Positions 47,197 through 57,540 of a stretch of 64,000 nt of DNA are shown here, piece by piece (position 1 is the first letter of the stretch; each line of letters opens with the position of its first letter). The stretch spans positions 4,800,001-4,864,000 of the forward strand of contig OY761556.1 in NCBI GenBank assembly GCA_963664705.1, written 5' to 3'. The notes under the pieces are model-generated. The model did no database searches. It worked only from the letters and a program-made list of their open reading frames with translations, and was not told where the DNA came from. The translations under genes and the position numbers were made by a program. The stretch comes from Acidobacteriota bacterium (lineage in GTDB: Bacteria; Acidobacteriota; UBA6911).

Positions 47197-48654
47197 TTAC
47201 CAGCACGCATACTCGCGCAGTTTTTGAGAACGGGAAGGCATGCGAAGCTTCCGCAAGGCTTTTTCCTCGATCTGACGAATGCGTTCACGGGTAACCAGGA
47301 ATTTGTGACCGCATTCCTCCAAAGTGTGCTCCTTGCCGATTTCATTCAATCCATAGCGCATTCTCATGATTTCCTGCTCGCGCGGAGTCAGGGTGAGAAG
47401 CGCGGATTTGGTCAATTCGCCAAGGTCATAATCCATAATGCATACCTCGGGCGAAATCGCCTTCTGGTCTTTGATGAAATCGCCCAGAACCGCGTCGTCA
47501 TCCTCTCCGATGCCCTTATCGAGTGAGATGGGCTCCTGGGCAAATTCCAGAATCTCGGTCAATTTGGAGACGGAAATTCCGAGTTCGGTAGCAATATCCA
47601 GCTTGGAAGGCGGATGTTTCAGCCGCTTCTTGAGCTCACTCGTGGTCTTTGTGACGCGATTGATCGCCTCGACCATGTGGACCGGTACTCTGATGGTCCG
47701 CCCCTGGTCCGCCATCGCGCGGGTGATGCTCTGCCGGATCCACCAGGTGGCATAAGTGGAGAATTTGAAGCCCAGCCGATAATCGAACTTGTCCACGGCC
47801 CGCATGAGCCCGATGTTGCCTTCCTGCACCAAATCCAGAACTTCCATCCGCGGGTAGGAGTACTTTTTGGCAATACTGATGACCAGCCGCAGGTTGGCGT
47901 TCACGAACTGCTGTTTGACATCGGTGATCAGCGCTTGACTGCATTTGATGGAGGAAACGATCTTCCTCAACTCCTCGAGCGAGGTCAGGTGCTGGCCCTC
48001 GAGCTCGGCCAGAAGCGAAGGCGTTTGCCTGGCCGTCTTGCGTTTCGAAACAGGCTTGTCCGTCAGCTTCGCATCTTCCATCTGGCGCAGGACCTGCTCC
48101 AGGCCGGAAATCACTTCTTCGATCTGCTTCTCCGCAAATTTGATCTGTTGAAGACAGGCAAGAATCTTCTCCCGATCGGACGATTTGCCATGTCGCCGGG
48201 CCTCCCGATAGCGTGTCTCGAGCTTTTCCAGCCGTCCGATGATTTTGTGCACCAGTTGCAGACGAGCCGTGGCTGTTTCCTCAGAAGAGGCCTCGGTATT
48301 TTCCTCCTGCTTCCCCGATGCTCCGGCATTGGCAGGCTCCAGGTCTCCGGAGAGCGCCATAACCTTGGAGGAGGTTATGGGCGTTGCGGATAAAAACCGC
48401 AATACATCGAGTTTTGCGGCTTCGAGCTTTTTGGCCAGGAATATTTCCTGTTCTCGCGTCAGCAGCGGAAACCGACTCAGACTTCGGTAATAAAGATGAA
48501 GAGGATCTGAAACAGAGGGATCACGATCGGTCACAGTCCCGGATTCACCCGGGATCGGATCAAACTTGATCCCGGCAGCGCGGGCCTGCATAAACAGCGA
48601 TAATTCTGGGCTATCCAGCCTCTGACCCTCTAAGTCGTTATTTTCGAATGACAT
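47197..48654 (-). CDS. RpoD-like sigma-70 factor (paralogue lacking a full region 1.1)
   Basis: Region 1.2 DPLHLYY...LLTREQE; [24 protein letters not shown]; region 4 TLEE...[10 protein letters not shown]; RBS GGGGAG before ATG 48654. Confidence 0.92.
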   Translation of the reverse strand: MSFENNDLEGQRLDSPELSLFMQARAAGIKFDPIPGESGTVTDRDPSVSDPLHLYYRSLSRFPLLTREQEIFLAKKLEAAKLDVLRFLSATPITSSKVMALSGDLEPANAGASGKQEENTEASSEETATARLQLVHKIIGRLEKLETRYREARRHGKSSDREKILACLQQIKFAEKQIEEVISGLEQVLRQMEDAKLTDKPVSKRKTARQTPSLLAELEGQHLTSLEELRKIVSSIKCSQALITDVKQQFVNANLRLVISIAKKYSYPRMEVLDLVQEGNIGLMRAVDKFDYRLGFKFSTYATWWIRQSITRAMADQGRTIRVPVHMVEAINRVTKTTSELKKRLKHPPSKLDIATELGISVSKLTEILEFAQEPISLDKGIGEDDDAVLGDFIKDQKAISPEVCIMDYDLGELTKSALLTLTPREQEIMRMRYGLNEIGKEHTLEECGHKFLVTRERIRQIEEKALRKLRMPSRSQKLREYACW

Positions 48655-48951
48655 TTCTCCCCCAATGTCCCTTGTTCTCAGTTCCATCATCATCATCCAT
48701 ACCTTCCAACTCAGCCATGAACGCCCGCATTCCGGTTTGCGAACCTAGTTTTCGCAGAGCCCCACTCTGGCCTCTGTATTGGCGCCGCTCTCCCCTTATC
48801 AAAACCTGTGATTGTGAGATGCTAGGAATGCAAACGGCAGTTCATAACGGAGCGAGGATTATACACATTTTTGTGTTTTTGGAAAGCAACAAATGCAAAT
48901 CATTTATTTTATTGGTTTCCCGACCGGCCAGTTTCCTGGCCTCGACTCCTG

Positions 48952-50130
48952 CTACATCGACTCCTTGCCAAACCGCGACCACGAGCTTTCAACAAAAAAC
49001 AAGTCTGCAGTTCCTGCATAGGATGTAACGTTCCTTATTTTGGCTATGATCGCGTCTGAAAGCTGACAGCCGGCGCCCACCAGCAAAAGCCCGTCAGCGC
49101 TGTGGAAATTCTTCGCCAAGACCATCCCTGGCTGCAGGTCTCCCGCCGAGACGGCTCGAATCGGTCCGGATATTTCTATTTCTGCAACAATCGGAATACA
49201 CTCGTCCAAGACCTCGAAAACTTCAGGATCATACCAGCCGGCCCGTTTTTTCATGATATGAAGGGCTTTACTCCTGGGAATGCCCAAATTCTCGATCTGG
49301 AGAAGGTCATTCACCGCCTTTAGAATGCGGGATCCGATCGGGATTTTTTGAGCGGCAATATCATCTTGAGGCAGGCCGGTGCCGTCAAAATGCTTGTTCT
49401 GGTACTCCACAATCCTGGCAATCAGCTCCATGCGTGGAATGTTGTTGAGAAGATCTCGACCGATTTCGGGAACGCGCGCGAGCATTTTCTGCTCCATGGG
49501 ATTCAGCGGCCGCCCCGACTTGGCATTTTCTATAACTGCCGAAGGAACCGTGACAAGCCCGATCTGGCATAGCATGGATGCGACATCGAGCTCCCAGGAT
49601 TCCTTTAAGCCCAATTTTGCAGCTACTTTCTTCGCCCCATTTCGGACCTTCTCGGCATGTCCAAACGACTGCGGGGCTGTGATCGAAAGCAGCTCGATCA
49701 GCATCCGGACCGAACCGTTCAGCGTTTTTTCCAGCAATTCGCGCTCAGCCATGATCAATCGATGCTGCTCAACGCTTGCATTCAGCGCTTGTTCCAGCGT
49801 CTCGGGGGGACAAGGCTTGGTCAGAAAGCGGAAGATGTTGCCTTCATTCACGGCCTCAATAGCGGTCTGTACGTCGCTGTTTCCGGTCAGCATGATTCGA
49901 ACGCTGTCAGGAGCGATCTCCCGGGCTTTTTGTAGAAATTGAATTCCATCCATACCCGGCATGCGCAAATCAGAAACGATGATGGTATAAGGACCGTTCG
50001 TCGTTAAGGATTGCAATGCGGCCTCGCCGCCGAGCTGCGTATCGACCTGAAACTGCTTATGGAACTGTCGCTTGAACCCTGACAGAAGATTTTCTTCATC
50101 ATCAACAAACAAAACCTTATCCAAGCTCAT
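48952..50130 (-). CDS. Response regulator with a degenerate HD-GYP-like domain
   Basis: REC; LCQIG in place of LHDIG; DGTGLP; IPIGSRIL. Confidence 0.85.
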   Translation of the reverse strand: MSLDKVLFVDDEENLLSGFKRQFHKQFQVDTQLGGEAALQSLTTNGPYTIIVSDLRMPGMDGIQFLQKAREIAPDSVRIMLTGNSDVQTAIEAVNEGNIFRFLTKPCPPETLEQALNASVEQHRLIMAERELLEKTLNGSVRMLIELLSITAPQSFGHAEKVRNGAKKVAAKLGLKESWELDVASMLCQIGLVTVPSAVIENAKSGRPLNPMEQKMLARVPEIGRDLLNNIPRMELIARIVEYQNKHFDGTGLPQDDIAAQKIPIGSRILKAVNDLLQIENLGIPRSKALHIMKKRAGWYDPEVFEVLDECIPIVAEIEISGPIRAVSAGDLQPGMVLAKNFHSADGLLLVGAGCQLSDAIIAKIRNVTSYAGTADLFFVESSWSRFGKESM

Positions 50131-50189
50131 ACGGTACCGCCCTCACCATCCGCGAAAAAACACACGACTCTTCCCATCCTTTATGCTAC

Positions 50190-50216
50190 TTATCGACCCC
50201 CGCAGAGCGCGGATGA
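50190..50216 (-). promoter_or_regulatory. Sigma-28-like promoter
   Basis: Minus strand TCAT-N15-GTCGATAA. Confidence 0.4.
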
Positions 50217-50369
50217 GCGAACTCTCGGAAAAATTTCCTAATGCCACATACTATTTGTCCCCGCAACTCGATTGAGACACCAGGCGCGGAGAGCCGAAAG
50301 CGAGCAGCCGGGGCTGATATGCATCGCACTTCCAGGTTCCTTGGACAAATAATATGGCGGTCTCAGTGA

Positions 50370-53231
50370 CTATAGGTCCGCCCCGGCAATTGGAAGCCTC
50401 ACAAAGAATGTCGTCCCTTTCCCCATTTCACTCGTAAATGTCAGCTTTCCTTTATGCCGGTCGACCACCACAGAGCGCGCAATCGCCAACCCTTGGCCGG
50501 TCCCTCGTCCAACCTCTTTGGTGGTGAAAAAGGGATCAAAGATCCGCTCATAAATGGCCTCGGGAATGCCGCCACCCGTATCCGAGATCGTAATCAGCGC
50601 CATCTTCTCCTCTGATTCGGTGTGCACCCGAATTTTGCCTTTTCCCCCTGTCTCGCGTACGACATCCGCGATGGCATGTGCGGCATTGACCAGCAGATTC
50701 AGGAAGACTTGATTCACGTCGCCGATGCTGCAAATCACGGGAGGCAGGTCTCCAAAATCGGTCTCGATATCCGCGACATACTTCAGCTCATTACGGGCGA
50801 CAGTAAGGGTATTGAACAAAGCCCGGTTAATGTCGGCAGCCACCATTTCCTTGGTATCCGGGTGGGCAAACTCTTTCATCGCGCGTACGATGGAGACAAC
50901 TCTCTCCACACCCTCCAGCGTCTGGGCAAGTGCCTTGGGAATCTCTTCCAGCAGATAGTCGCAGTCCAGTTGGGATTCCAGTTGACGCATCTCTGCGGAA
51001 ATCTCGGCCGTCGAGAGGGTACCGCCAGCCAGAAGCGCCTGGGATCTTCTGATCAGCGCCTGCAGGTCTCCAAACGAAGCCTGCATGAAACGTGTGTTGT
51101 CTCCCACGAATTGAATCGGTGTATTCATCTCATGAGCGATTCCGGAAGCCAGGCGCCCCACCGACTCCAGTTTTTGCGCCTGCCGCAACTCCATTTCCGC
51201 TACATCCCGCCCCGTGATATCTCGTGCAATCCCCTGGATTCCCACCGGCTTGCCGTCCTCATAAATCAACCGTGGATTCAGCTCCAGGGTCACCCGGCGG
51301 CCGTCTTTGGCCTTAATCTCCATTTCAAACTTGGTCGGAGGGCCGCCGGCAATCAATGGCTGGATGCTTGCTTCTATCTTCTTCCAATGCTCTGGATCGA
51401 CCAGTTCACTCACATTCATCCGAATCGCTTCCTCGCGACTGAATCCGATGGTCTTCTCCGCCAGCCGATTCAATGAGGTGATATGCATGTCGAGGGTAAA
51501 GGTATAGACGAGATCCCCGGCGTTTTCAAAAAGCTCCCGGTAGCGCTCTTCGGAGACCCGCAAATTTTCCTCTGTTCGTTTTCGCTCGGAAACATCCTGC
51601 TTGATGGCCACAAAGTGACTCACCCGGTTATCCGCGTCCAGCACAGGCGTTATTGTCAGCTCTTCGGTGTACAAAGTCCCGTCCTTGCGACGGTTTGTCA
51701 TCTCTCCCTTCCACACATTGCCGGAAAGTATGGTCTTCCATAAGTCCTGGTAATAGGATGCCGGGTGCGTCCCCGATTTCAGAATCCGCGGGTTCCGGCC
51801 GATCGCTTCTTGCGCTGAATAGCCCGTAAGCAGCGTGAAAGCCGGATTTACCCAGTTGATGCATCCGTGGCGGTCTGCAATGACAATAGCGTTCGCCGCA
51901 GCCTCCAGCGCAGCCGTCTGCAGCCGCGTCTGTTCCTCCTCCCGTTTCCTCTGGGTGACATCGCGAGCAATGGTTGCAGCCCCGGTGACTTTCCCGCTGC
52001 TGTCAAAAACAGGCGAAACGGTCAACGATGCATCCACAAGTTTGCCGTCCTTGCGGATCCGGACCGATTCACTTCGGTGCACCTTTTCACCACTGGCAAT
52101 TTTTTCCAGAAGCGACTGGAGCTGATCCTCCTGGCCCGGCGGAATCAGGACAGATACCGATTTCCCAATCATCTCCTCCGCGCTGTACCCGTAGAGTTCC
52201 TCGGCCCCCCGATTCCAGCTTATAACTGTGCCATCCAGGGTTTTGCCAATGATCGCATCCTGCGAGGATTCCACCAGCGATGCCAAAAATGCCTGCGCCT
52301 CACCCGCGCACTCGCGCTGGATGAACTGGGCGATACTGTAGGCAACCGATGCGAAGGCTTGAAGCGCGGTATCGGTCAAGGGATGATATGCAAAGGCCGC
52401 GGCTACACCCACGATGCGATCTCCCACTTTCAGTGGATATCCGGCGAATGCAACCATTCCTTCTCGACGCGCCCAATCGATGTCACTCAACAGGGGATCC
52501 CGAAGGAGATCGTTTGTCAAATGGGGCTCACCGCTTTGGGCAATGCCCCCGATCTTATATTTGCCCACCAAAACACGGGAATGGGGCCCATCCAGGTGAG
52601 TGTAGATTCCCGCACTTGCCTGCAGTTCAAGGACCCGTTCGCTCTCATTGAGTGTCCAGATCCGCGCAAAAGCGACATCCATATCATTGACGAGAATTTC
52701 CGCGCATGTCTGCAAACCGGCACGGAGGCTGTGCGCTCCTGTGAGCGCAACGCCCACATCCGCCGAAAGCTTGGCCATCCGATGGCGTTCCGCCATTTCG
52801 GCTTCTATCAGCATGCGGCTGGTAATATCCTGATAGAGCGCCAGTATTCCTTTGACCTTGCCCTCGAGAACCAGCGGAGTCGCATAGATATGAACGTCCA
52901 GGATCGTGCCATCCTTGCGTCTGCGTTGACTAATGAACTGCAGCTTTTTCCCGTCCAGGCACTTTCGCGTAAGACTGTGTGCTTCCTCAAAAAGATCTGG
53001 GGGTATGATCAGATCGTTCAAACGGAAACCCTGGGTTTCGGCGTCCGAATAAAGGAACATCTCGCGGAACGCGAGATTGGACATCAGGATGCGTTCCTCG
53101 CTATCCAGCACCACAATTGCCAGGGGACTGGCTTCGATGAGGGTGCTGGGCCCCAGAGCAAATCCCAATAGACTTAATTGCTGCTCGGCCGTCTGTAAGT
53201 CTTTCTGTCGCAACAAAAAACCCTCTTCCAT
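50370..53231 (-). CDS. Cytoplasmic PAS-GAF-PAS-PAS-PAS histidine kinase
   Basis: IAHEMNTP, NLLVNAAHA, GTGQGL; multiple PAS domains and one GAF. Confidence 0.93.
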   Translation of the reverse strand: MEEGFLLRQKDLQTAEQQLSLLGFALGPSTLIEASPLAIVVLDSEERILMSNLAFREMFLYSDAETQGFRLNDLIIPPDLFEEAHSLTRKCLDGKKLQFISQRRRKDGTILDVHIYATPLVLEGKVKGILALYQDITSRMLIEAEMAERHRMAKLSADVGVALTGAHSLRAGLQTCAEILVNDMDVAFARIWTLNESERVLELQASAGIYTHLDGPHSRVLVGKYKIGGIAQSGEPHLTNDLLRDPLLSDIDWARREGMVAFAGYPLKVGDRIVGVAAAFAYHPLTDTALQAFASVAYSIAQFIQRECAGEAQAFLASLVESSQDAIIGKTLDGTVISWNRGAEELYGYSAEEMIGKSVSVLIPPGQEDQLQSLLEKIASGEKVHRSESVRIRKDGKLVDASLTVSPVFDSSGKVTGAATIARDVTQRKREEEQTRLQTAALEAAANAIVIADRHGCINWVNPAFTLLTGYSAQEAIGRNPRILKSGTHPASYYQDLWKTILSGNVWKGEMTNRRKDGTLYTEELTITPVLDADNRVSHFVAIKQDVSERKRTEENLRVSEERYRELFENAGDLVYTFTLDMHITSLNRLAEKTIGFSREEAIRMNVSELVDPEHWKKIEASIQPLIAGGPPTKFEMEIKAKDGRRVTLELNPRLIYEDGKPVGIQGIARDITGRDVAEMELRQAQKLESVGRLASGIAHEMNTPIQFVGDNTRFMQASFGDLQALIRRSQALLAGGTLSTAEISAEMRQLESQLDCDYLLEEIPKALAQTLEGVERVVSIVRAMKEFAHPDTKEMVAADINRALFNTLTVARNELKYVADIETDFGDLPPVICSIGDVNQVFLNLLVNAAHAIADVVRETGGKGKIRVHTESEEKMALITISDTGGGIPEAIYERIFDPFFTTKEVGRGTGQGLAIARSVVVDRHKGKLTFTSEMGKGTTFFVRLPIAGADL

Positions 53232-53282
53232 CCTTTAACTCTGCACCGAACGTCAGACGCCCGTTGCATCAGCTCCCGAAAT

Positions 53283-53327
53283 AAAAAAAGGCGCATTCAC
53301 TCCAGAGTCGGAGCGATCATGCGCCTT
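53283..53327 (-). terminator. Intrinsic terminator in the leader of the kinase gene
   Basis: AAGGCGCAT...ATGCGCC followed by a T7 run, about 50 nt before ATG 53231. Confidence 0.65.
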
Positions 53328-53541
53328 CAACTTGCAAACCCAATGCTTACACGCTAAGACGATACGATAGATTCCTTTATCCTTATCGGAGACAGGGGAC
53401 GTTTTTTATACTTCAAAATGGGCGGGTTTATCGTGAGGGAAATTACAGCGCATTGCCGCGCGTTTTTGCCGCTGACTTCGCAAATTGGGCCGGGAGCACC
53501 GGTAGGTCGACAGCGCTCCCGGTTTAATCACTCAGGAGAGA

Positions 53542-54987
53542 TCAGGAATAGGAGGTGCAGATAAATTTCAAATCCGTGAATTCCTCCATCCCACACACGG
53601 AATCTGACTTGCCGATCCCGCTCCCCTTGACGTTCCCGCCCCATGGGAATTCGGGAGTCATCATTCTCGGCATATTGATGAAAACGCTGTCGACGCGAAG
53701 CTCATTGGTGATTTTCAGGGCCTTGCTTCCGTCTTTTGTCCACACGCCCGCGCACAGCCCATAACTGGAGTCGTTGGCAAGTCGTATCGCTTCCTCTTCC
53801 GAGGAGAATTTGAGAATGGGCGCAGCCGGTCCGAATATCTCTTCCTGCACGATCGTCATATCGTGTCTGCAGTCCGCTACAACGGTGGGCATCAGGAAGT
53901 AGCCCTTATTGAGCGGAGCGGTTGTCGGCCTGGCACCGCCACACACAATCCGGGCTCCCTGTTCCCTGGCGGTCTGGATGAAATACTCCACTCTTTCAAG
54001 CTGCCCGAGATTGGCCATGGGTCCCATCATGGTCGAATCTTCCCAGGGCAACCCGACCTTGATCTTGTTTACTTCTTCCACGAATACCTCTACAAACTTA
54101 TCGTAGACTTTTTCATGCACATAGTACCGTCCGGGAGTCGAACAGTTCTGTGCACTGTTGCCATAATGTCTGCCCGCCTGCATCCTGGCGGCCTTCTCGA
54201 CTTCGGCATCTTCGCAAACAATAACCGGATTATTGCCGCCAAGCTCCATCACGCACTTCTTGACCGTCTGACTTGCGGCTTTGAGAATAACCTGCCCTGT
54301 ATCGGTCGCACCCGTAAAGCGAATCATATCTATGCCCGGGTGAGTGGCAAGCGCATCTCCCACGCTTCCGCCCGGACCCGTAACCAGATTCACCACTCCC
54401 TTGGGAATATCCGCCTTCTCGAGTATTTCGGTAAATTTGACGCCAAGGATGGAATTGACGCTTGCAGGTTTGAGAATGCAGGTGTTTCCCATGACAATGG
54501 CCGGGCCAACCATGCTCAGCATCATCATCAGGGGAACATTCCATGGCGTGATTACCGCGCATACGCCGATCGGCACTCTCTGAAGATATCCAACAGTGTT
54601 CGGCATGGACCGTGGAAGGACCTGTCCCATAATGCCGCGGCTTATCGATGCTATATATTCGAGCTGATCCACGGCAGCCATTGCAAAACCTCTCGCCAGC
54701 ATAACAGGCGTGCCGTGTTCATTCACTTCAAGGTCCACCAGTTCCTTTGAATGCTCCTTGACCGCCGCCGCAAATCGCAGAATGGCTTTCGCCCTGTCCG
54801 ACTGCGACATCCTGGACCAGCCCGGCAGCGCTTCATTTGCAGCCTTTACCGCTTCATCAACATCTTCTTTCCCCGCGAAAGGAACGCGCCCAAGCTCTTC
54901 TCCGGTGCTGGGATTAACAGTCGCGAATGTCCTGCCTGACAAAGCGTCTACCCACTTGCCATTGATATACATTTTATAATTCTGCAT
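53542..54987 (-). CDS. NAD(P)-dependent aldehyde dehydrogenase
   Basis: ITPWN, FTG, MELGG, QNCS catalytic Cys, EEIFGP. Confidence 0.95.
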   Translation of the reverse strand: MQNYKMYINGKWVDALSGRTFATVNPSTGEELGRVPFAGKEDVDEAVKAANEALPGWSRMSQSDRAKAILRFAAAVKEHSKELVDLEVNEHGTPVMLARGFAMAAVDQLEYIASISRGIMGQVLPRSMPNTVGYLQRVPIGVCAVITPWNVPLMMMLSMVGPAIVMGNTCILKPASVNSILGVKFTEILEKADIPKGVVNLVTGPGGSVGDALATHPGIDMIRFTGATDTGQVILKAASQTVKKCVMELGGNNPVIVCEDAEVEKAARMQAGRHYGNSAQNCSTPGRYYVHEKVYDKFVEVFVEEVNKIKVGLPWEDSTMMGPMANLGQLERVEYFIQTAREQGARIVCGGARPTTAPLNKGYFLMPTVVADCRHDMTIVQEEIFGPAAPILKFSSEEEAIRLANDSSYGLCAGVWTKDGSKALKITNELRVDSVFINMPRMMTPEFPWGGNVKGSGIGKSDSVCGMEEFTDLKFICTSYS

Positions 54988-55393
54988 CGTGCTCTCCGAA
55001 TGTTTGCTTTTTATGTTCATCCCCAGCAGTTATGCCCTGACAGGGAATGTCTCCTGCCGATGCCGAACATCTTCAACTTCGCCGGCTTTTAAACACTTGT
55101 TTGAATATGGATGGCACTATAGCACATCTTTATTTCGTCATTAGCGATTATTGGAAATTCGTGTCAACCGAAGAGTCCGGCAACTCCGCCGCGATTCACC
55201 GCGACATATAGTGGTAATCAAAACTTTCCATACACCTAATAGTTTGTTTTCCTCATTTTGGTGGTAGAATCGATTCGGCGTTGGCCATAGATCAAAAATC
55301 AATTGTGGACACCCATTATTTGGGGATTGCATACGATGCCAATCGCCGCTGATTCAAACCCTTTTTTGCGCTGAGGCGCTTGGTCTCAATACC

Positions 55394-56035
55394 GTGGACC
55401 TGCATCGAAAAGAAATGGCAGAGGTCTCTTCCGAAGAGAGCCGACGGGCCGACAAGCGGTCTTCCCGAGGTTTGGAAGATGTTTCGCATCTATTCCTGTC
55501 GCAATCGCTCAACAAGCCCACAGAAAAAGCGGTAACTCCCGGCACTGCACCCGCATCGGCTCCGTCCGAACGGGCGCAAAACGAAGTCCCTTTTTTGCTG
55601 CACGATTCCCCAACTGTGAACCGGGAATCGCTTCTGAGCCTTTTGAACGGAACCGCCGCAGTCCTGGAAGAGGGCTTGCGTGTCATTGATTCCAATATTC
55701 CCTGCGATCCATTTGGCTCGATCGATCTGGTCGCGGTCGACAGCGAAAACCGTTTTTGTATCATCAATATCGATGTGTCCCAGAAGGACGAGTCGCTTCT
55801 CCGCGGAATCGCCTGTTTTGACTGGGTCGTTCGCAATATCCCGATTGTGCGGCGCATGTATCAGGGACGCGTCGTCAATTTTTCGGCTCAGCCCAGGCTG
55901 TTTCTTGTCGCACCCGGATTTTCCCCCTTAGCCCAATGCGTGGCTCAACGCAGCACCAGCCCCAAGGTCTGCTGCCTTTCCTATCGCACCGTGACCATGC
56001 CGGGCGGGGTGGGCATCCTGTTCAATCGCACCTGA
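55394..56035 (+). CDS. Hypothetical protein with a PD-(D/E)XK/NucS-like fold segment
   Basis: LEEGLRVID...GSIDLVAVD...PRLFLVAPGF; alternative ATG at 55415. Confidence 0.6.
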   Translation: MDLHRKEMAEVSSEESRRADKRSSRGLEDVSHLFLSQSLNKPTEKAVTPGTAPASAPSERAQNEVPFLLHDSPTVNRESLLSLLNGTAAVLEEGLRVIDSNIPCDPFGSIDLVAVDSENRFCIINIDVSQKDESLLRGIACFDWVVRNIPIVRRMYQGRVVNFSAQPRLFLVAPGFSPLAQCVAQRSTSPKVCCLSYRTVTMPGGVGILFNRT

Positions 56036-56308
56036 GATAATCCGTTCATTCCACGCTGGCTTTCGCTGTCTGAAATCAAGACCGCTGGAATGAGACTCTC
56101 CTGCCGCAAGATGAGATTCCTCTAAATTTCTACCTCAAACTTGCCCCAGCCAACGCCTGTGAACACCGGGAACGGCACAATATATTGGGGGTCAGCGAAA
56201 AAAACTTCCAGATATTGTATTTTTTCCTTGACTCCGACTCGCTCCCTCCGGATATTGGCCCATTAGGAATTTTGTTTTGCATAAAGTGGAAAGCGAAAGG
56301 GAGAGCAG

Positions 56309-57310
56309 ATGAGAATTATAGCAATTGCGAATCAAAAGGGAGGGTGCGGGAAGACCACTACGGCTATCAATCTGTCGTCTTGTCTGGCATTGAAAGGGCA
56401 AAGAGTATTGCTGATCGACCTGGACCCTCAATCCCATGCAACGATGGGGCTCAACATAGATTGCGACCCGGAAAAGAACATATACCATGTGATCGCTCCG
56501 ACGCAGACGGCGTCGATCGGGCTCGATGATGTCATCGTCCCGGTTAAGGAAAACTTTGACATTGCGCCGTCCGATACGATGCTGTGCGCCGTGGAACAGG
56601 AATTGGCCTGCGTCGATGGCCGAGAAAAGAGGCTGTTGGAAGCGCTCGAGGCGATGAAGAAATCCTATGATTTTGTAATCATCGATTGCCCTCCCAGCAT
56701 CGGCCACCTGTGTTTCAATGCACTTCGTGCCAGTTCAGAGGCTATTATTCCCATCGACATGAGCCTGTTTTCGCTGCGTGGAATTGCAAAGCTGACGGAC
56801 ATGATGGTCACGATCGAAAACGCATACGGTCATGTAATTTCGCCGCGGGCCCTCGTAACCATGTTTGATGCCCGGACACGCTATTCTCAGGAAGTGCTGG
56901 AAAGGGTCCAGGAGAAGTTTGAGGAAAAAGTATTCGATACGGTTATCCGCTACAACATCCGGCTCAGAGAAACCGTGGATCACGGATTGCCTATTGGCGA
57001 TTACGACAAGCATGCCATCGGCCAGAAAGATTACGAGGCACTGTCCAAGGAAGTGCTTGCCGGAGTGGAAGACAGTTCGTTCGATGAAATCGAAGCATCT
57101 TCCGGGGCTGAGGAAGTGCTGCGGACCACAAAGGAATATCTCGATACCATGGAGCCGGTCCCCATGTCGGATGTGGATTCGGAACTGGAGACGGAAATTG
57201 CGGACAGCTTCCCCTACCCAGCCCAGTCCTCCTATTCGGCAATGATCAAGGCGATCGCCGGTGGCGCCATGCCGGAATGGTCGGATGAAAGCGACGAACC
57301 GGACAAATAG
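56309..57310 (+). CDS. ParA/Soj family ATPase with an acidic C-terminal extension
   Basis: NQKGGCGKTT, IDLDPQ, IIDCPP; about 80-aa D/E-rich tail. Confidence 0.93.
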   Translation: MRIIAIANQKGGCGKTTTAINLSSCLALKGQRVLLIDLDPQSHATMGLNIDCDPEKNIYHVIAPTQTASIGLDDVIVPVKENFDIAPSDTMLCAVEQELACVDGREKRLLEALEAMKKSYDFVIIDCPPSIGHLCFNALRASSEAIIPIDMSLFSLRGIAKLTDMMVTIENAYGHVISPRALVTMFDARTRYSQEVLERVQEKFEEKVFDTVIRYNIRLRETVDHGLPIGDYDKHAIGQKDYEALSKEVLAGVEDSSFDEIEASSGAEEVLRTTKEYLDTMEPVPMSDVDSELETEIADSFPYPAQSSYSAMIKAIAGGAMPEWSDESDEPDK

Positions 57311-57313
57311 ACC

Positions 57314-57540
57314 TACTGGGAGCGCCGCCGTCCGGCGGCATCAGCGCCCGGCAAGCAGCCACGCCCCTTGCCGGCGAGACGCCTGATGCCGCATGTGATT
57401 TGTTCTGAGCCCTGCGACGCGAGTGAAGCACCAGAGGCCCGGGGGGCCGAAAGCGAGTAGTCAGGGGTTCGCTGCGCTTCACTCCTGGCTGCTTTCTGAT
57501 CGCTCCTCCGGGGCTGGCGAGACGCGGACGCTCCCGGTGT
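57314..57540. repeat. REP-like composite element overlapping the 3' end of the dehydratase-activase gene
   Basis: CTGGGAGCGCCGCCG, GCCGGCGAGACGCC, CAGGGGTTCGCTGCGCTTCACTCCTGG; 57398-57442 is the reverse of the flank at 28882-28924. Confidence 0.78.

Noticed and set aside
51867-53171. 434-aa plus-strand ORF
   Set aside because: Antisense shadow of the PAS/GAF kinase
55200-55250. NrdR-box-like sequences
   Set aside because: Weak match and no nrd genes nearby
56262-56281. Sigma-54-like element before parA
   Set aside because: GG-to-GC spacing is 11, not the required 10
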